64,000 bases of DNA, taken from positions 896,001-960,000 of the forward strand of contig OZ244561.1 in assembly GCA_965217585.1 (NCBI GenBank), in the 5' to 3' direction. The translations under genes and the position numbers were made by a program. Positions 1 to 9,585 of this stretch are shown one piece after another (the stretch's first letter is position 1; every line of letters starts with the position of its first letter). This DNA comes from Candidatus Latescibacterota bacterium. Its GTDB lineage: Bacteria; Latescibacterota; UBA2968; UBA8231. The notes beneath the pieces were generated by a model. It saw only the letters and a list, made by a program, of their open reading frames with translations, was not told where the DNA came from and did not search any database.

Positions 1-1
1 C

Positions 2-211
2 GTATTTAAAATAATCGACCGGGAAGCGGCCAAGCCCAAACCTTTTAATGCCGCGGCGAAAAAACGCGCCACCGCCTATGTCAGGATCAATAAGGCCAAG
101 CACGGCTATGTGGAGTTCGTGAGCGCTTTGCGGGAGAAATACGACGTGGAAACTTTCCCCGCCAATATTCCCACCATGATCAAAGACGGGAAATTTCAGG
201 CCGACAATTAG
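2..211 (+). CDS. 3' end of a PrsA/SurA-like peptidyl-prolyl isomerase (foldase), truncated by the window edge
   Basis: Own translation: VFKIIDREAAKPKPFNAAAKKRATAYVRINKAKHGYVEFVSALREKYDVETF...DN*, TAG at 209-211. The LRxKYxV tail resembles foldase C-termini and the tail of the 2863-4239 protein. Confidence 0.55.
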   Translation, partial: VFKIIDREAAKPKPFNAAAKKRATAYVRINKAKHGYVEFVSALREKYDVETFPANIPTMIKDGKFQADN

Positions 212-216
212 TTTCT

Positions 217-2772
217 TTATTTTTTTGGCCGCTGGCCGGCTCCTTCTAACCTTCTCAGGGCCCGCAGGGCCGTTCTTTCGTCCGGATCGGTTTTGCGGGC
301 CTGTCTATAGTGCCAAATCGCGTCGCCTGTTTTGTCGTTTAGCAGGGACACCGCGCCCTCGATCGAGTACTTACGCGATCGGAGGCGGCGCTCGATGTTT
401 TGTTTCTCCTCTTCGTCCATGTCGAAAAGAGACTCGTTTGTCTCCACCACTAGGTGGGGCAACAGGCTTGACAGAGCGGGCAGGCCCGCGCCCGTATCCC
501 CGCGCCGGCGGTCGGTAAAGCTTATATAGGGTCGGTCGTCGGTGTTCAAAGGGCCATGGCCGGCGTAGTCTGAAAAAGCGCGCTCGTCCAGGGCCAGGGT
601 CCCGGCGAAAGAAACCGGATCGGCCAGATCTACCTCTTGCAGAGATTCTTGCAAAGCCGCTGCTGACAGTCGTTGTGCCAATAATTCAAAGTCGATGTGT
701 TGAGGCTGGTTTGCACCCAGCACAATGGAGTATTTGTCGGTCAGCCACAGGGTCGCGTGGGGGAAAACCGCGCGAAATGTTCGCAAGATCATCTCGTAGT
801 CGGCTACGGCCAGCCCGTGCAGGGGGATCCACTGGGCTATCAAGCCTGCTGTTTTGAGTCGCTGGCGACAGAGCTGGTAGAATTCTTCCGTATACAGCAC
901 CCAGCTATCCGCCGTGCCGGGATGGGTCGCGTCGGCGATAATGATATCGTAGCGCTCTGGTGTCCGCATCACGTGGTTTCTGCCGTCGCCGTGGATTAGC
1001 CGGAGGCGATCCGTGCCCACCCTGTTGAAGACGTAGTTGTTGTAGCGGGCAAAAAAATCGGCGGCCTCGACCACACCGGGGACGACTTCGACGCAATCCA
1101 CCCGCTCGGGTTGGTGCAGCAAGACCGAACTGAGGGTAACGCCGCCCCCGAAGGCAATCACCAGGACTTGCCGGGGGTCGCTGTGCAGGATCATCGGCAG
1201 ATTGCCGAGGAGTCGAAAAATCTTGATTGATGCATGGTCTGTCGGCACTTCTCCCATGCCATTTACTTTGAGGATGCGGTTGCCGTGGTCCATTTGCTGG
1301 ACCGTTACCGTCCCAGCAGTACCCTCGCGGTAATAGACAAGCTCGCTGTCTTTTTCTGTATTTGTGAACAACGCGATAAAAAGATTGCTCGGCATGGCCC
1401 AAGTCAGCAGCAGTACCGCGCCGATAGGCAGGCCTATGGCTTGCAGCTTAAAACGACTACTGGCGTTTGGATGGACCAGCAGCAGCACCGCCCCCAAGGC
1501 GATGTTGGTCCAGGCCAAGACTTGCACCGCGCGCTCTGTGCCCAGTAGCGGAATCAATAAAAAACCGGCGCCAAAAGCGCCACCGATAGATCCCAGTGAA
1601 TTGACGGCGTAGACCTTGCCGATTTTTGTGCCCAAGGTCTTTAAATGCGTAGCGTTGAGTTGTCCTACGAGCGGCAAGAGCACTCCGAGCAGACAGGTGG
1701 GAATGAGCGTGATCCAGAAAATCAAGGTAGCTGTTGCGAAAAGATAGCCCGTCCATGAGGTAAGCGCACTGAGATATGGAATGAAATGGGTGCTAGCCCC
1801 GAATGCGCCGATGGAGATATGACCAAACAGGCCCAGGAGTATCTCAACGGCGCCGAATGCAATGAGCAGATCCGGCCAGCGGCCGACAAAACGAGAGGCG
1901 ATGGCCCCTCCGAGCGCCAGACCGAGCAAGAAGGCGATCAGGATGATGCTGAGACTTTGGGCCGTGCTCAGCCCCAGTATCATGGTCAGCACCCGCGTCC
2001 ACAGCACTTCGTATCCCAGAGCGGTGAAACCCGATGCGCAGAACACCAAAAGCGTCAATTGCCCCAGCCAGTTCGGTAGTGCTGGAGGATTCTTTTGCTG
2101 CGCGTTGTTTCTTTTGCCTAAACTCACCCGGTATGGCTCGGCTGAGTCCGACAAACGGCGGGACCACGTCAGGGAAAAGACCGCAATGAGGACATTGCCA
2201 ACAACGGCGACTGTAGTCGTGCCGCTGATGCCCAAATACTCGATGGTCAGATAAGCCGCGGCCCCGACCCCGCAGGCGGCGCCGAACGTATTGGCGGCAT
2301 ACAAGGTCCCCACACTCCAACCCACCTGCGACAGGTGCCGAGTTGCAAAGCGGATCAGAATCGGCAGGGTGCCCCCCATTAGCGTAGTGGGAATGAGCAG
2401 GACGAGGAAACAAAGCGGGAAGCGCATGAGTGCAAAGACATAGGGCGTCGACTCCAGTTGCTGGTAGAGCCAAGTGTGGATTTCGTCCAGTCCGCTAAGG
2501 ATTAAGGGGAAAGTTAGGGCAAAGGCGGCGATGCCCAGCTCGAGGAAGGCGTAGAGGCGCAGGTTGTTTTCGCTCTTGTCGGCCAGGTGCCCGAAGCAGA
2601 AGCTGCCCAGCGCCAACCCCGCCATAAAAGCTGTTAGGACCGTGCTGACCGCAAAAGCCCCGGTGCCGAATACGAGGACCAGCATTCTCACCCATATCAC
2701 CTGATATACCAAGGTACAGGCACCGGAAAGGAAGAACAGGACCAGCAGGAAGATGTGGGCACCGCGGCTCAA
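217..2772 (-). CDS. Fused membrane (MFS-like)/spermidine synthase-type protein
   Basis: Two repeats of the LxY(Q/E)VxWxRxL transmembrane module, then SAM-binding motifs VLVIAFGGGVT, DCVEVVPGV, GDGR, YDIIIAD, LYTEEFY, NTDDRPY; short TPR-like tail; TTG start. Confidence 0.88.
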   Translation of the reverse strand: MSRGAHIFLLVLFFLSGACTLVYQVIWVRMLVLVFGTGAFAVSTVLTAFMAGLALGSFCFGHLADKSENNLRLYAFLELGIAAFALTFPLILSGLDEIHTWLYQQLESTPYVFALMRFPLCFLVLLIPTTLMGGTLPILIRFATRHLSQVGWSVGTLYAANTFGAACGVGAAAYLTIEYLGISGTTTVAVVGNVLIAVFSLTWSRRLSDSAEPYRVSLGKRNNAQQKNPPALPNWLGQLTLLVFCASGFTALGYEVLWTRVLTMILGLSTAQSLSIILIAFLLGLALGGAIASRFVGRWPDLLIAFGAVEILLGLFGHISIGAFGASTHFIPYLSALTSWTGYLFATATLIFWITLIPTCLLGVLLPLVGQLNATHLKTLGTKIGKVYAVNSLGSIGGAFGAGFLLIPLLGTERAVQVLAWTNIALGAVLLLVHPNASSRFKLQAIGLPIGAVLLLTWAMPSNLFIALFTNTEKDSELVYYREGTAGTVTVQQMDHGNRILKVNGMGEVPTDHASIKIFRLLGNLPMILHSDPRQVLVIAFGGGVTLSSVLLHQPERVDCVEVVPGVVEAADFFARYNNYVFNRVGTDRLRLIHGDGRNHVMRTPERYDIIIADATHPGTADSWVLYTEEFYQLCRQRLKTAGLIAQWIPLHGLAVADYEMILRTFRAVFPHATLWLTDKYSIVLGANQPQHIDFELLAQRLSAAALQESLQEVDLADPVSFAGTLALDERAFSDYAGHGPLNTDDRPYISFTDRRRGDTGAGLPALSSLLPHLVVETNESLFDMDEEEKQNIERRLRSRKYSIEGAVSLLNDKTGDAIWHYRQARKTDPDERTALRALRRLEGAGQRPKK

Positions 2773-2862
2773 AATGGCAACCTAGGCGGTTTAATTGGGC
2801 TATGAGCCCGGTAGGGTGTGTACCGTTTATTCACCGGACGAGTCGCTCCGCCGATCTTTGTA

Positions 2863-4239
2863 ATGACAAAATTAAAACGCTTAATCGCATTCCTTTGCCC
2901 GCTCTTTTTTAGCTGCGGCCAGCCCGAGACAGAGGTCATCGCCTTGGTCGAGGATGAAAAGATCACTGCGGCAGAACTGCGCGACTTTGCGGAGCGGAGA
3001 GAAAAAACAGCTATAAGAGTCGGCACTGCAATCGCCGATACGAGCGATCCGCTGCAACAGCTCATCGCCAGAAGGCTGCTGCTGCTAGAGGCCCGCCATG
3101 TCGGTATGGCCGCTGACTCGGTTTTTGTGCGCCGGTTGGAGCGCCGGCGGCGAGATGCGGTGATTGAATCTTATCTCGAGCGCCAGGTCGACGCGAAAAT
3201 CGTCGTGACCGCAGAAGATATTCTGCAGGAATACTATGATGCAAACGGGCATCGCGGTCTCAAGTTTATCTATGCTGCAAGAGCGACCAAAGCCGCCGCG
3301 GTAGAGGACTTGGCCGCGGAAAAATCCATTTGGGGTCTCTCCGGTTATGTGCTCAAAGGACAGGTCAATGAGCAAGTGGCCGACGAATTGTTCGCTCTGC
3401 CCGTGGGATCCATTTCCCCAGCTCTCCCTCTGCCGATCAAAGCGGATACCGTCTTTGTGGCTTTTAAAGTTCTCGCTGAAAAGCGCGTCCCTCTCATCGC
3501 CGTGCGGCAGCTTATTGAACGCGGCCTGCACTCCCGTATCAGGGCAAAGATGGAGCGGGCTCTCGGGCTCTCTCTGCGCGATAAATACGCCAGCGGCACG
3601 GCTAAGGACAATCCATCTCGCAAGTTCGATTCCTCGTCCGTTAGGCCCGACAGTGCACGTATCTCCGATCTCTATTTTGCCGCAGCACGGCAAAGTGGTA
3701 TCGACGAGGAACCCGAGCTACAGGCAAAACTCAGCACCATCGCCGAGGATCTACTCCTGAGCTATTATCTGGCACAGATCGACATATCCCCAGCAGCGGC
3801 GCGAAGTTATTTTGCGCGTCATCCCGATCAATTTCCCGCCTATGAGGCCATCACCATCACCGAGATTGTGGTCCACAATCGCAAATTGGCCCAAGATTTG
3901 CGCCTAGCAATAGCGCGGGGTGTCGATCCAGAGCTACTGGTGCCAATATTCTCCCAGGGCGTCGGGGCAAGCGGGGGGCGCGTAAAGCTCAGCCCATATA
4001 CCATGCCATCAATGCGCTACGAGCGCGCCAAAGGTCTGGAGATCAACGCCGTCGGGGGGCCGATAGAGTGGGCCGGAAAGTTCTCCGTATTTGTCGTAGT
4101 GGACAAAGTGCGAGCAGGGGGCCAGTGGGATCGGGCTTCGCAACGGCGGGCCGAGCGGCTGGCCAGAGAGGAAAAAGAGCGTCGGCACTTGGATGCGCTG
4201 CGACAGAAATTCTCAGTCCGGGTATTGGCGGAGAGATAG
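2863..4239 (+). CDS. PrsA/SurA-like peptidyl-prolyl isomerase lipoprotein (diverged)
   Basis: Start moved to ATG 2863 (MTKLKRLIAFLCPLFFSC, lipobox-like). SurA-N-like LQQLIARRLLLLEA; two degenerate parvulin-like segments (LFALPVGSISP; LEINAVGGPIEWAGKFSVFVV). Confidence 0.7.
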   Translation: MTKLKRLIAFLCPLFFSCGQPETEVIALVEDEKITAAELRDFAERREKTAIRVGTAIADTSDPLQQLIARRLLLLEARHVGMAADSVFVRRLERRRRDAVIESYLERQVDAKIVVTAEDILQEYYDANGHRGLKFIYAARATKAAAVEDLAAEKSIWGLSGYVLKGQVNEQVADELFALPVGSISPALPLPIKADTVFVAFKVLAEKRVPLIAVRQLIERGLHSRIRAKMERALGLSLRDKYASGTAKDNPSRKFDSSSVRPDSARISDLYFAAARQSGIDEEPELQAKLSTIAEDLLLSYYLAQIDISPAAARSYFARHPDQFPAYEAITITEIVVHNRKLAQDLRLAIARGVDPELLVPIFSQGVGASGGRVKLSPYTMPSMRYERAKGLEINAVGGPIEWAGKFSVFVVVDKVRAGGQWDRASQRRAERLAREEKERRHLDALRQKFSVRVLAER

Positions 4240-4259
4240 ACCCCGCTGGACCCTAGTAC

Positions 4260-5204
4260 CTAAATCCCCACCCCGAACTCCACCTCGAAATCGCGCCATA
4301 TCTCGGGAGCAATATCCGCCGTAGCCGCCTCGTAGGCTTCTTCGACCTGCGTCTTTGAGGCCGCACCGGGCAGGACAATGCTGCTGATGGGCGCCGCCAG
4401 GCAAAACTGGATGGCCAGATGGCGGATGTTCACGTCTCGTTTCCGACACCAGTCCCACATGGCCCGGGCGCGGACCGCCGGATGGAGTTCGCGTTCGGGG
4501 TATTCGCGGTTGTCGAAGTAGGCCGCCGAGCGCTCGAATACTTTTTCATCGCCCGTCAACAGCCCCATGCCGAGGGGACTGGCGAGAATGAGACCTACTT
4601 GGCACTGGCGGGCGCGGGGAAATAGATCCACAGCTGCGGCCGTATTGAACAAGTTGTACTCTAGATAAGTGAGGCAGATTTCTATTGGGCCGGTCTCGAT
4701 CGCCCGGCGATGCACGGCCGAATTGCGCGCTCCAATGCCGATGTGGCGGATTGAACCCTCTTCTTTCATCTTTACCAGTTCATCCAGGGCATGGCCCGGA
4801 GCCAGCGGATCCACCATGCCCTCCTTGCTGCCAACGTCCTCGGGCTCGTCGTAGCCGTGGATGAGGACATTGTCGAGATAGTCCGTTCGCAAGCGCTTTA
4901 AACTATCTTCCACGCTGCGGCGCGTTTGCGGCCCCGAGTGATCTGAAATCGTCTCTTGGGGGCCATTAGTAGTGACCTTGGCTTGCAGGTATATATTGTG
5001 CCTTCTGCCGCCTGCTAGGGCTTTACCCCACCACGTTTCCAGTTCGGGGTATGTATCCAAGTAATTAAAGCCCAGTTCGAGGGCGCGGTGGATGCCGGCA
5101 ATGCATTCGGCCTCCGTTCCGGCGCCCCACCAAGCCCCGCCCAGTCCCAGAGATTTGGGCTGCATCCCGGTCTTGGCAAAAGCTCTCGTTTCTAGCGCTG
5201 GCAT
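4260..5204 (-). CDS. Aldo/keto reductase
   Basis: LGLGG, ALELGFNYLDT, SVEDSLKRLRTDYLD..LIH, IRHIGIG, ASPLGMGLL motifs; RBS AAGGAG upstream. Confidence 0.92.
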   Translation of the reverse strand: MPALETRAFAKTGMQPKSLGLGGAWWGAGTEAECIAGIHRALELGFNYLDTYPELETWWGKALAGGRRHNIYLQAKVTTNGPQETISDHSGPQTRRSVEDSLKRLRTDYLDNVLIHGYDEPEDVGSKEGMVDPLAPGHALDELVKMKEEGSIRHIGIGARNSAVHRRAIETGPIEICLTYLEYNLFNTAAAVDLFPRARQCQVGLILASPLGMGLLTGDEKVFERSAAYFDNREYPERELHPAVRARAMWDWCRKRDVNIRHLAIQFCLAAPISSIVLPGAASKTQVEEAYEAATADIAPEIWRDFEVEFGVGI

Positions 5205-5228
5205 ATTTCGCTCCTTATGTGAAAATTC

Positions 5229-6887
5229 CTACGGCTGCACCAGGCGCAAAATCTGATCGGCGGCGACATCGGCCAGCGTCTGCACAGTGCCATCGGGCCA
5301 GCGCACCTCCATATCCACCCTAGCAACGGCGCCCAAACCAAAGTGCAGGCGGTGGTCATGGCTGGAAAGATAGCTGCCGCCAGACTGGCGTTCCCGCACT
5401 TGGCGGTGGACCCCAGCCGTGACGGCGACTAGGGTGCCGATTGCGTCGCGCTGCTGGCGGCCGACTAATTCGACTAGGAGCCAGTGGTTTTGTTTGCCGA
5501 CGTCATTGCGCAAGAGGCGCGCGGGGCTGGCCACAGCGCAAACCAGTAGATCGAGATCGCCGTCGTTGTCGTAGTCGGCCAAGGCTGCGCCGCGGCCGAC
5601 GTTGGGGGTGGCAAAACTGGGACCTAACGTGGAGGAAATATCGACAAATTTTCTGAGCTTCGGCTCGGTGGAGACTGCGTCCCAGGCGTTGGCCTCGTTG
5701 CGCAAAATCTGGTTGGTCTGGGCATAACTAAGCGTAGAGTCGATCTGTTCCACGATGTCGAGGACGTGGCCGTTGGCGACGAACAAATCGAGGTCGCCGT
5801 CCAGATCGACGTCGAGGAATTTAGTGCCGAAACCGAGGGGATTGTAGCTGGGCTCGAAGAGGCCGACGCCAGCGCTGATATCGGCGAATTGGCCCTGGCC
5901 GTCGTTGTGGTAGAGCGTATTGGTCTCGTGGGCGAAATTGGTGACGAACAGGTCCTGATTGCCGTCGTTGTCCCAGTCGCCAAAGTCCACGCCCATGCCG
6001 GCCTCGGCGCGGCCGTCCTCGTTGTAGCGGCCCCCGGTCGTCAGACCTGTTTCGACGAAGTGGGTCTGGCGGTTCTCATAAAGGAAGTTTAGCGTGCCGT
6101 CGTTGGCCACGTAGATATCGGTATCCCCATCCCAGTCGTAGTCAGAAAAGGCCACGCCCAAACCAGGGCCCTCTAATGTGATGCCCGCCTCATAGGTGAT
6201 GTCGGTGAATTGGCTTTGGCCGTCGTTGCGGTAGAGCAGATCGCTCGTTGGGCCGTATTCGTCCGGGTCGCAGTAGGTGTGGATATCGCCCCGCTTACAG
6301 ACGATGTTGTTGGCCGTAGTGAAGTCCACGTAGTTAGCGACGAAGAGATCGAGGTCACCGTCCAGGTCGTAGTCTAGAAAACCGCAACTGGCACCCCAGC
6401 GGCCATCGTCGACGCCCGCCCGTTTGGCGCTGTCGCTGTCGCTGAATTTTCCCGCATCATTGCGGTATAAAGCGTTGGGACCAAAGCGGGTCACGTATAA
6501 GTCCTGGTCGCCGTCGTTGTCCCAGTCGGCGGCGGCCACACCCGTGCCGTAGCCGCTATCGCCGCTGCCGGGAGCGGCGTCAAAGCGGCCGTCGCCCCGG
6601 TTGCGGTAGAGTTTGTCGGTCGGCAGGGGCTCGGGGGCCAGGCCGGTGAGATACGTGGAGTTGACCAAATAGATATCCTGCCAGCCGTCGCCATCGTAGT
6701 CCAAGAAAGCAGCTCCCGAGCCAAAAGTCTCTACGTAGAAATAGTCGCCCTCGGCACCGTTGTAGTGTACAAAGTCAAGACCGGCCGTCTGGGCGACATC
6801 GACAAAGCGCAGGGACTGCGTCGGTTCTTCCCGGCTACAGGCCACCAGCAATGGGAACAGGAACAGGACCCAGACGGAGCGAAACAT
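5229..6887 (-). CDS. CRTAC1-family FG-GAP/VCBS repeat lipoprotein with C-terminal ASPIC/UnbV domain
   Basis: Lipobox LVAC; many D(Y/W)DxDGDxDLxV repeats; C-terminal DAIG...GGSYLS...LHFGLG...VRWPDG. Confidence 0.93.
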   Translation of the reverse strand: MFRSVWVLFLFPLLVACSREEPTQSLRFVDVAQTAGLDFVHYNGAEGDYFYVETFGSGAAFLDYDGDGWQDIYLVNSTYLTGLAPEPLPTDKLYRNRGDGRFDAAPGSGDSGYGTGVAAADWDNDGDQDLYVTRFGPNALYRNDAGKFSDSDSAKRAGVDDGRWGASCGFLDYDLDGDLDLFVANYVDFTTANNIVCKRGDIHTYCDPDEYGPTSDLLYRNDGQSQFTDITYEAGITLEGPGLGVAFSDYDWDGDTDIYVANDGTLNFLYENRQTHFVETGLTTGGRYNEDGRAEAGMGVDFGDWDNDGNQDLFVTNFAHETNTLYHNDGQGQFADISAGVGLFEPSYNPLGFGTKFLDVDLDGDLDLFVANGHVLDIVEQIDSTLSYAQTNQILRNEANAWDAVSTEPKLRKFVDISSTLGPSFATPNVGRGAALADYDNDGDLDLLVCAVASPARLLRNDVGKQNHWLLVELVGRQQRDAIGTLVAVTAGVHRQVRERQSGGSYLSSHDHRLHFGLGAVARVDMEVRWPDGTVQTLADVAADQILRLVQP

Positions 6888-6890
6888 GAA

Positions 6891-8432
6891 TCAGCGCAGT
6901 AAAAAGGAGAGCAGCACGGCCGTGCAAAGGCACCAGAAGAGCCAGCCGGAAAGGGCCTGAAACAGGACCAGGAAGCGCAATTTGCCATGGGGACGCACTG
7001 ATGCCGCGCCCGCAATAAAAAAAGTATGCAGGCTGAAGAGCAGGCACTCCACCAGATCATCTATCAGCAACCAACGGTATAGCAGGGCAAAGAGCGCCAC
7101 CCAGGCCAAAGCGACTAGGGCTAGGCGCTCCAAGTCGGTGCCGTAGCGCGAGCTCAGGTCAAAGGCGATGAGGGCGTAGCGCTCGGTAGAGGTCCAGGGC
7201 AGGTGGTGGCGACGGCGATCCAGCGACTCTATATAACAGCCGCGGGCATCGGCGGCCATGCCGGAGAGGAGGAACTGGTGGCGCAGACCGGCATAGACGC
7301 GATCCAGATCGTAGTTGGTCTGCTCTGGGGGCTGGGCTACGTGGCCGCGCAAATGATCCCAGGTGGAGAACAGGCGCTGGAAACGCGCGTTTTGCAGCAA
7401 GAGCTGGGCTTTAGGGCCCAGCAGCGAGTCGGGCATGGTGGCGGAAGGCCGCAGATCCAGGCTGGGGGCGACTAGGTGGCGCAAGTCGAGGCTGATGCGA
7501 AAAAGGGCATTGAGCAGGAGATCGTTGTCGCTGTGGACACCGGTAAAGACCGCTTCTTTGGCGAAGATGCTGCCGTCGAAGACGGCTCCGTCGTCAAAAC
7601 GGGCTTGTTCGAAGTGGGCAGAGTGGGCGAAAGCGATATTTGCGAAAGCCGCCCGCTGCGCGAAAGCGGCTTGCTTAAACGAGGTTTCCCCGGCAAAGCG
7701 GACGCTGGAAAAATCGGCGGCATCGAATTGGGCTTGCCAAAAAAAAGACCGGTGCAGAAAGCGCGCCCCGGCAAAGGAGACGGGAGCGCGCCAGCGCGCT
7801 GCTTTGAACGAGGCCACACCGGCAAAGCGGGCGTCGCTGAAGTCGACCTCGCCGGCAAAAAGAACGTCCTCAAAATAGGCACCGCCCTCGCAGCGCAGGC
7901 GCGCGAAAGTGGCGTCGCTGAAGTGGGCTCCGGCGCAGGAAAATACGGCGGCGAGGTGGCTTTGGGTGAAGTCGGCCGTGGCGGTGAAGCGAGCATCTCT
8001 AAGGTTGGTTTTTTGCCTTACCTCGCATTCTCGCAGGGCAAAGGATTGCAAGAATTGCGCTTCAGCTAGGGAAAGGTCCGCGGCAAAGGTAGTACGAGAA
8101 AAGATCACCGGACCGAGAAAAACAACCTCGGCCAGCAAAACTTCGTCGAGGAAAAGCACATCGGTCAATTCCAGCGCCGCCCGCACGGTGTCGAGATTGG
8201 CCGCTAAGCTGGAGAGGCGACCCTTTACGGCTGTTTGCCGTAAAGCAAGACGGCTATGGTCATTGGCCGTGCTTAGGAGATCCATTAATTCCCCGGCCTC
8301 GAGCAGGGTGTAGCTGCGGCCCGCGATAGTGGTGTCGGTCGGAGCGCTCGGCTGGGCGCCAACGGCCGTGGTCAGAGCGATTATCAGGGCGAGGATGGCC
8401 CGCTTCGATTTAACCCAGTTCAATATCCACAT
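6891..8432 (-). CDS. Pentapeptide-repeat protein with a C-terminal two-TM, ion-channel-like membrane domain
   Basis: N-terminal signal-like segment; long (A/V)xFxxAxF beta-helix repeats; C-terminal YGT-TM-(LLFSLHTF)-P-G-TM architecture. Confidence 0.8.
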   Translation of the reverse strand: MWILNWVKSKRAILALIIALTTAVGAQPSAPTDTTIAGRSYTLLEAGELMDLLSTANDHSRLALRQTAVKGRLSSLAANLDTVRAALELTDVLFLDEVLLAEVVFLGPVIFSRTTFAADLSLAEAQFLQSFALRECEVRQKTNLRDARFTATADFTQSHLAAVFSCAGAHFSDATFARLRCEGGAYFEDVLFAGEVDFSDARFAGVASFKAARWRAPVSFAGARFLHRSFFWQAQFDAADFSSVRFAGETSFKQAAFAQRAAFANIAFAHSAHFEQARFDDGAVFDGSIFAKEAVFTGVHSDNDLLLNALFRISLDLRHLVAPSLDLRPSATMPDSLLGPKAQLLLQNARFQRLFSTWDHLRGHVAQPPEQTNYDLDRVYAGLRHQFLLSGMAADARGCYIESLDRRRHHLPWTSTERYALIAFDLSSRYGTDLERLALVALAWVALFALLYRWLLIDDLVECLLFSLHTFFIAGAASVRPHGKLRFLVLFQALSGWLFWCLCTAVLLSFLLR

Positions 8433-8626
8433 GAGAAATATAGATACTCTGTAGAGGTATCCGGTGCAAGCTGTCGGCCCTTTAACAGCGCAGCGCGTCG
8501 ACTTTTTGAGCCGACCGACGGAGTCTTTAGATTTTTGCGCTATATTGTCGAGTATCAGGAGCGGAAACTTTAGCGGTCAATGCTAGGTACTATAAGACGG
8601 CTTCTAAAGAAAAGGACGCGTAAACC

Positions 8627-9442
8627 TTGGCGCATCAGCAACGGCTTCTAAGAGTATCGCGGAACCATCTGCTCCTAGCTCTTTTTATGGGCAGTTGGGG
8701 ATGGATCGGCTGCGGTCAAAAAGAACGACAAACACTAGCTGGCGAGCCGTCACCCAACGTGCAAAAGGAAGGCAAACCCCAACCGTTAAAGGTCGAACAA
8801 GAGGAGCAGATTGCGGCCGAGATTTACTATCGTCGCGGTCGTCGCTACCTGCAGAATGGTCAGTATGAAGAAGCGATCGGAGAATTCAGCCAAGCAGTGC
8901 ATCTGAAGCCAGATTTTGCCCGGGCCTTGGACCAGATCGGTTTGGCCTATACGCTGCAGCGAAAAGCGGGGAAAGCCATTCCGTACTACAAAAGGGCCAT
9001 CGCCCAAGCACCCGAGAATGGGGTCTTCCTCATGCATCTCGGAAAAACCTACATGGACCTTCGCGATTATGCCGCAGCCAAGAGGGCCTATCGACGCGCT
9101 CTTGAGTTGGGAGTAAAACGGGCAAAGATCTACTATGATCTAGGGCTGGTCAGTGAGCGAGAAAACGAATTGGAAGCTGCCAGAAGCTATTTCCAGCAGG
9201 CTATTCAGGTGAATTCCGAATTTGCCGACCCCTATTGCCGTCTAGGCGCTGTCCTAGAGAAGCAGGGAGAGCAAACAGAGGCCGCTTATCTCTACCAGCA
9301 AGCGCTCAAAAAAGATCCCCGCCACATTCCCACCCACTACCGTCTAGCGCAGCTTTATCTCAAACAGGGACGCCGGGAAGAAGGTCAGCGGTTATTGCGG
9401 GATTTTCAACATCTAAAGCAAGCTGAGCGCGAACGGCCATAG
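8627..9442 (+). CDS. TPR-repeat lipoprotein
   Basis: Lipobox-like WIGC; about six TPR units (YYRRG..YEEAIGEFSQAVHLKP etc.). Confidence 0.9.
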   Translation: MAHQQRLLRVSRNHLLLALFMGSWGWIGCGQKERQTLAGEPSPNVQKEGKPQPLKVEQEEQIAAEIYYRRGRRYLQNGQYEEAIGEFSQAVHLKPDFARALDQIGLAYTLQRKAGKAIPYYKRAIAQAPENGVFLMHLGKTYMDLRDYAAAKRAYRRALELGVKRAKIYYDLGLVSERENELEAARSYFQQAIQVNSEFADPYCRLGAVLEKQGEQTEAAYLYQQALKKDPRHIPTHYRLAQLYLKQGRREEGQRLLRDFQHLKQAERERP

Positions 9443-9471
9443 GGCTGAGCTGCACTTGCGATCGGCAAGAC

Positions 9472-9501
9472 TTGACACCCGATGGACAAAAGGGATAGGT
9501 T
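9472..9501 (+). promoter_or_regulatory. Putative sigma70-type promoter for the 9586-13721 operon
   Basis: TTGACA at 9472-9477, 18-bp spacer, TAGGTT at 9496-9501; RBS AGGAG before ATG 9586. Confidence 0.45.
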
Positions 9502-9585
9502 GGGTCGCAACGACCGAAAAAAGTGCGGTTCTTCTTAAATGCGGCGATTCAAATCATATATGTTTAGCCCCCATAGGAGAGTCTA

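Noticed and set aside
8597-8651. 11-bp direct repeat ACGGCTTCTAA around the TPR gene start
   Set aside because: Two short copies with no other support; could be chance or a small local duplication.
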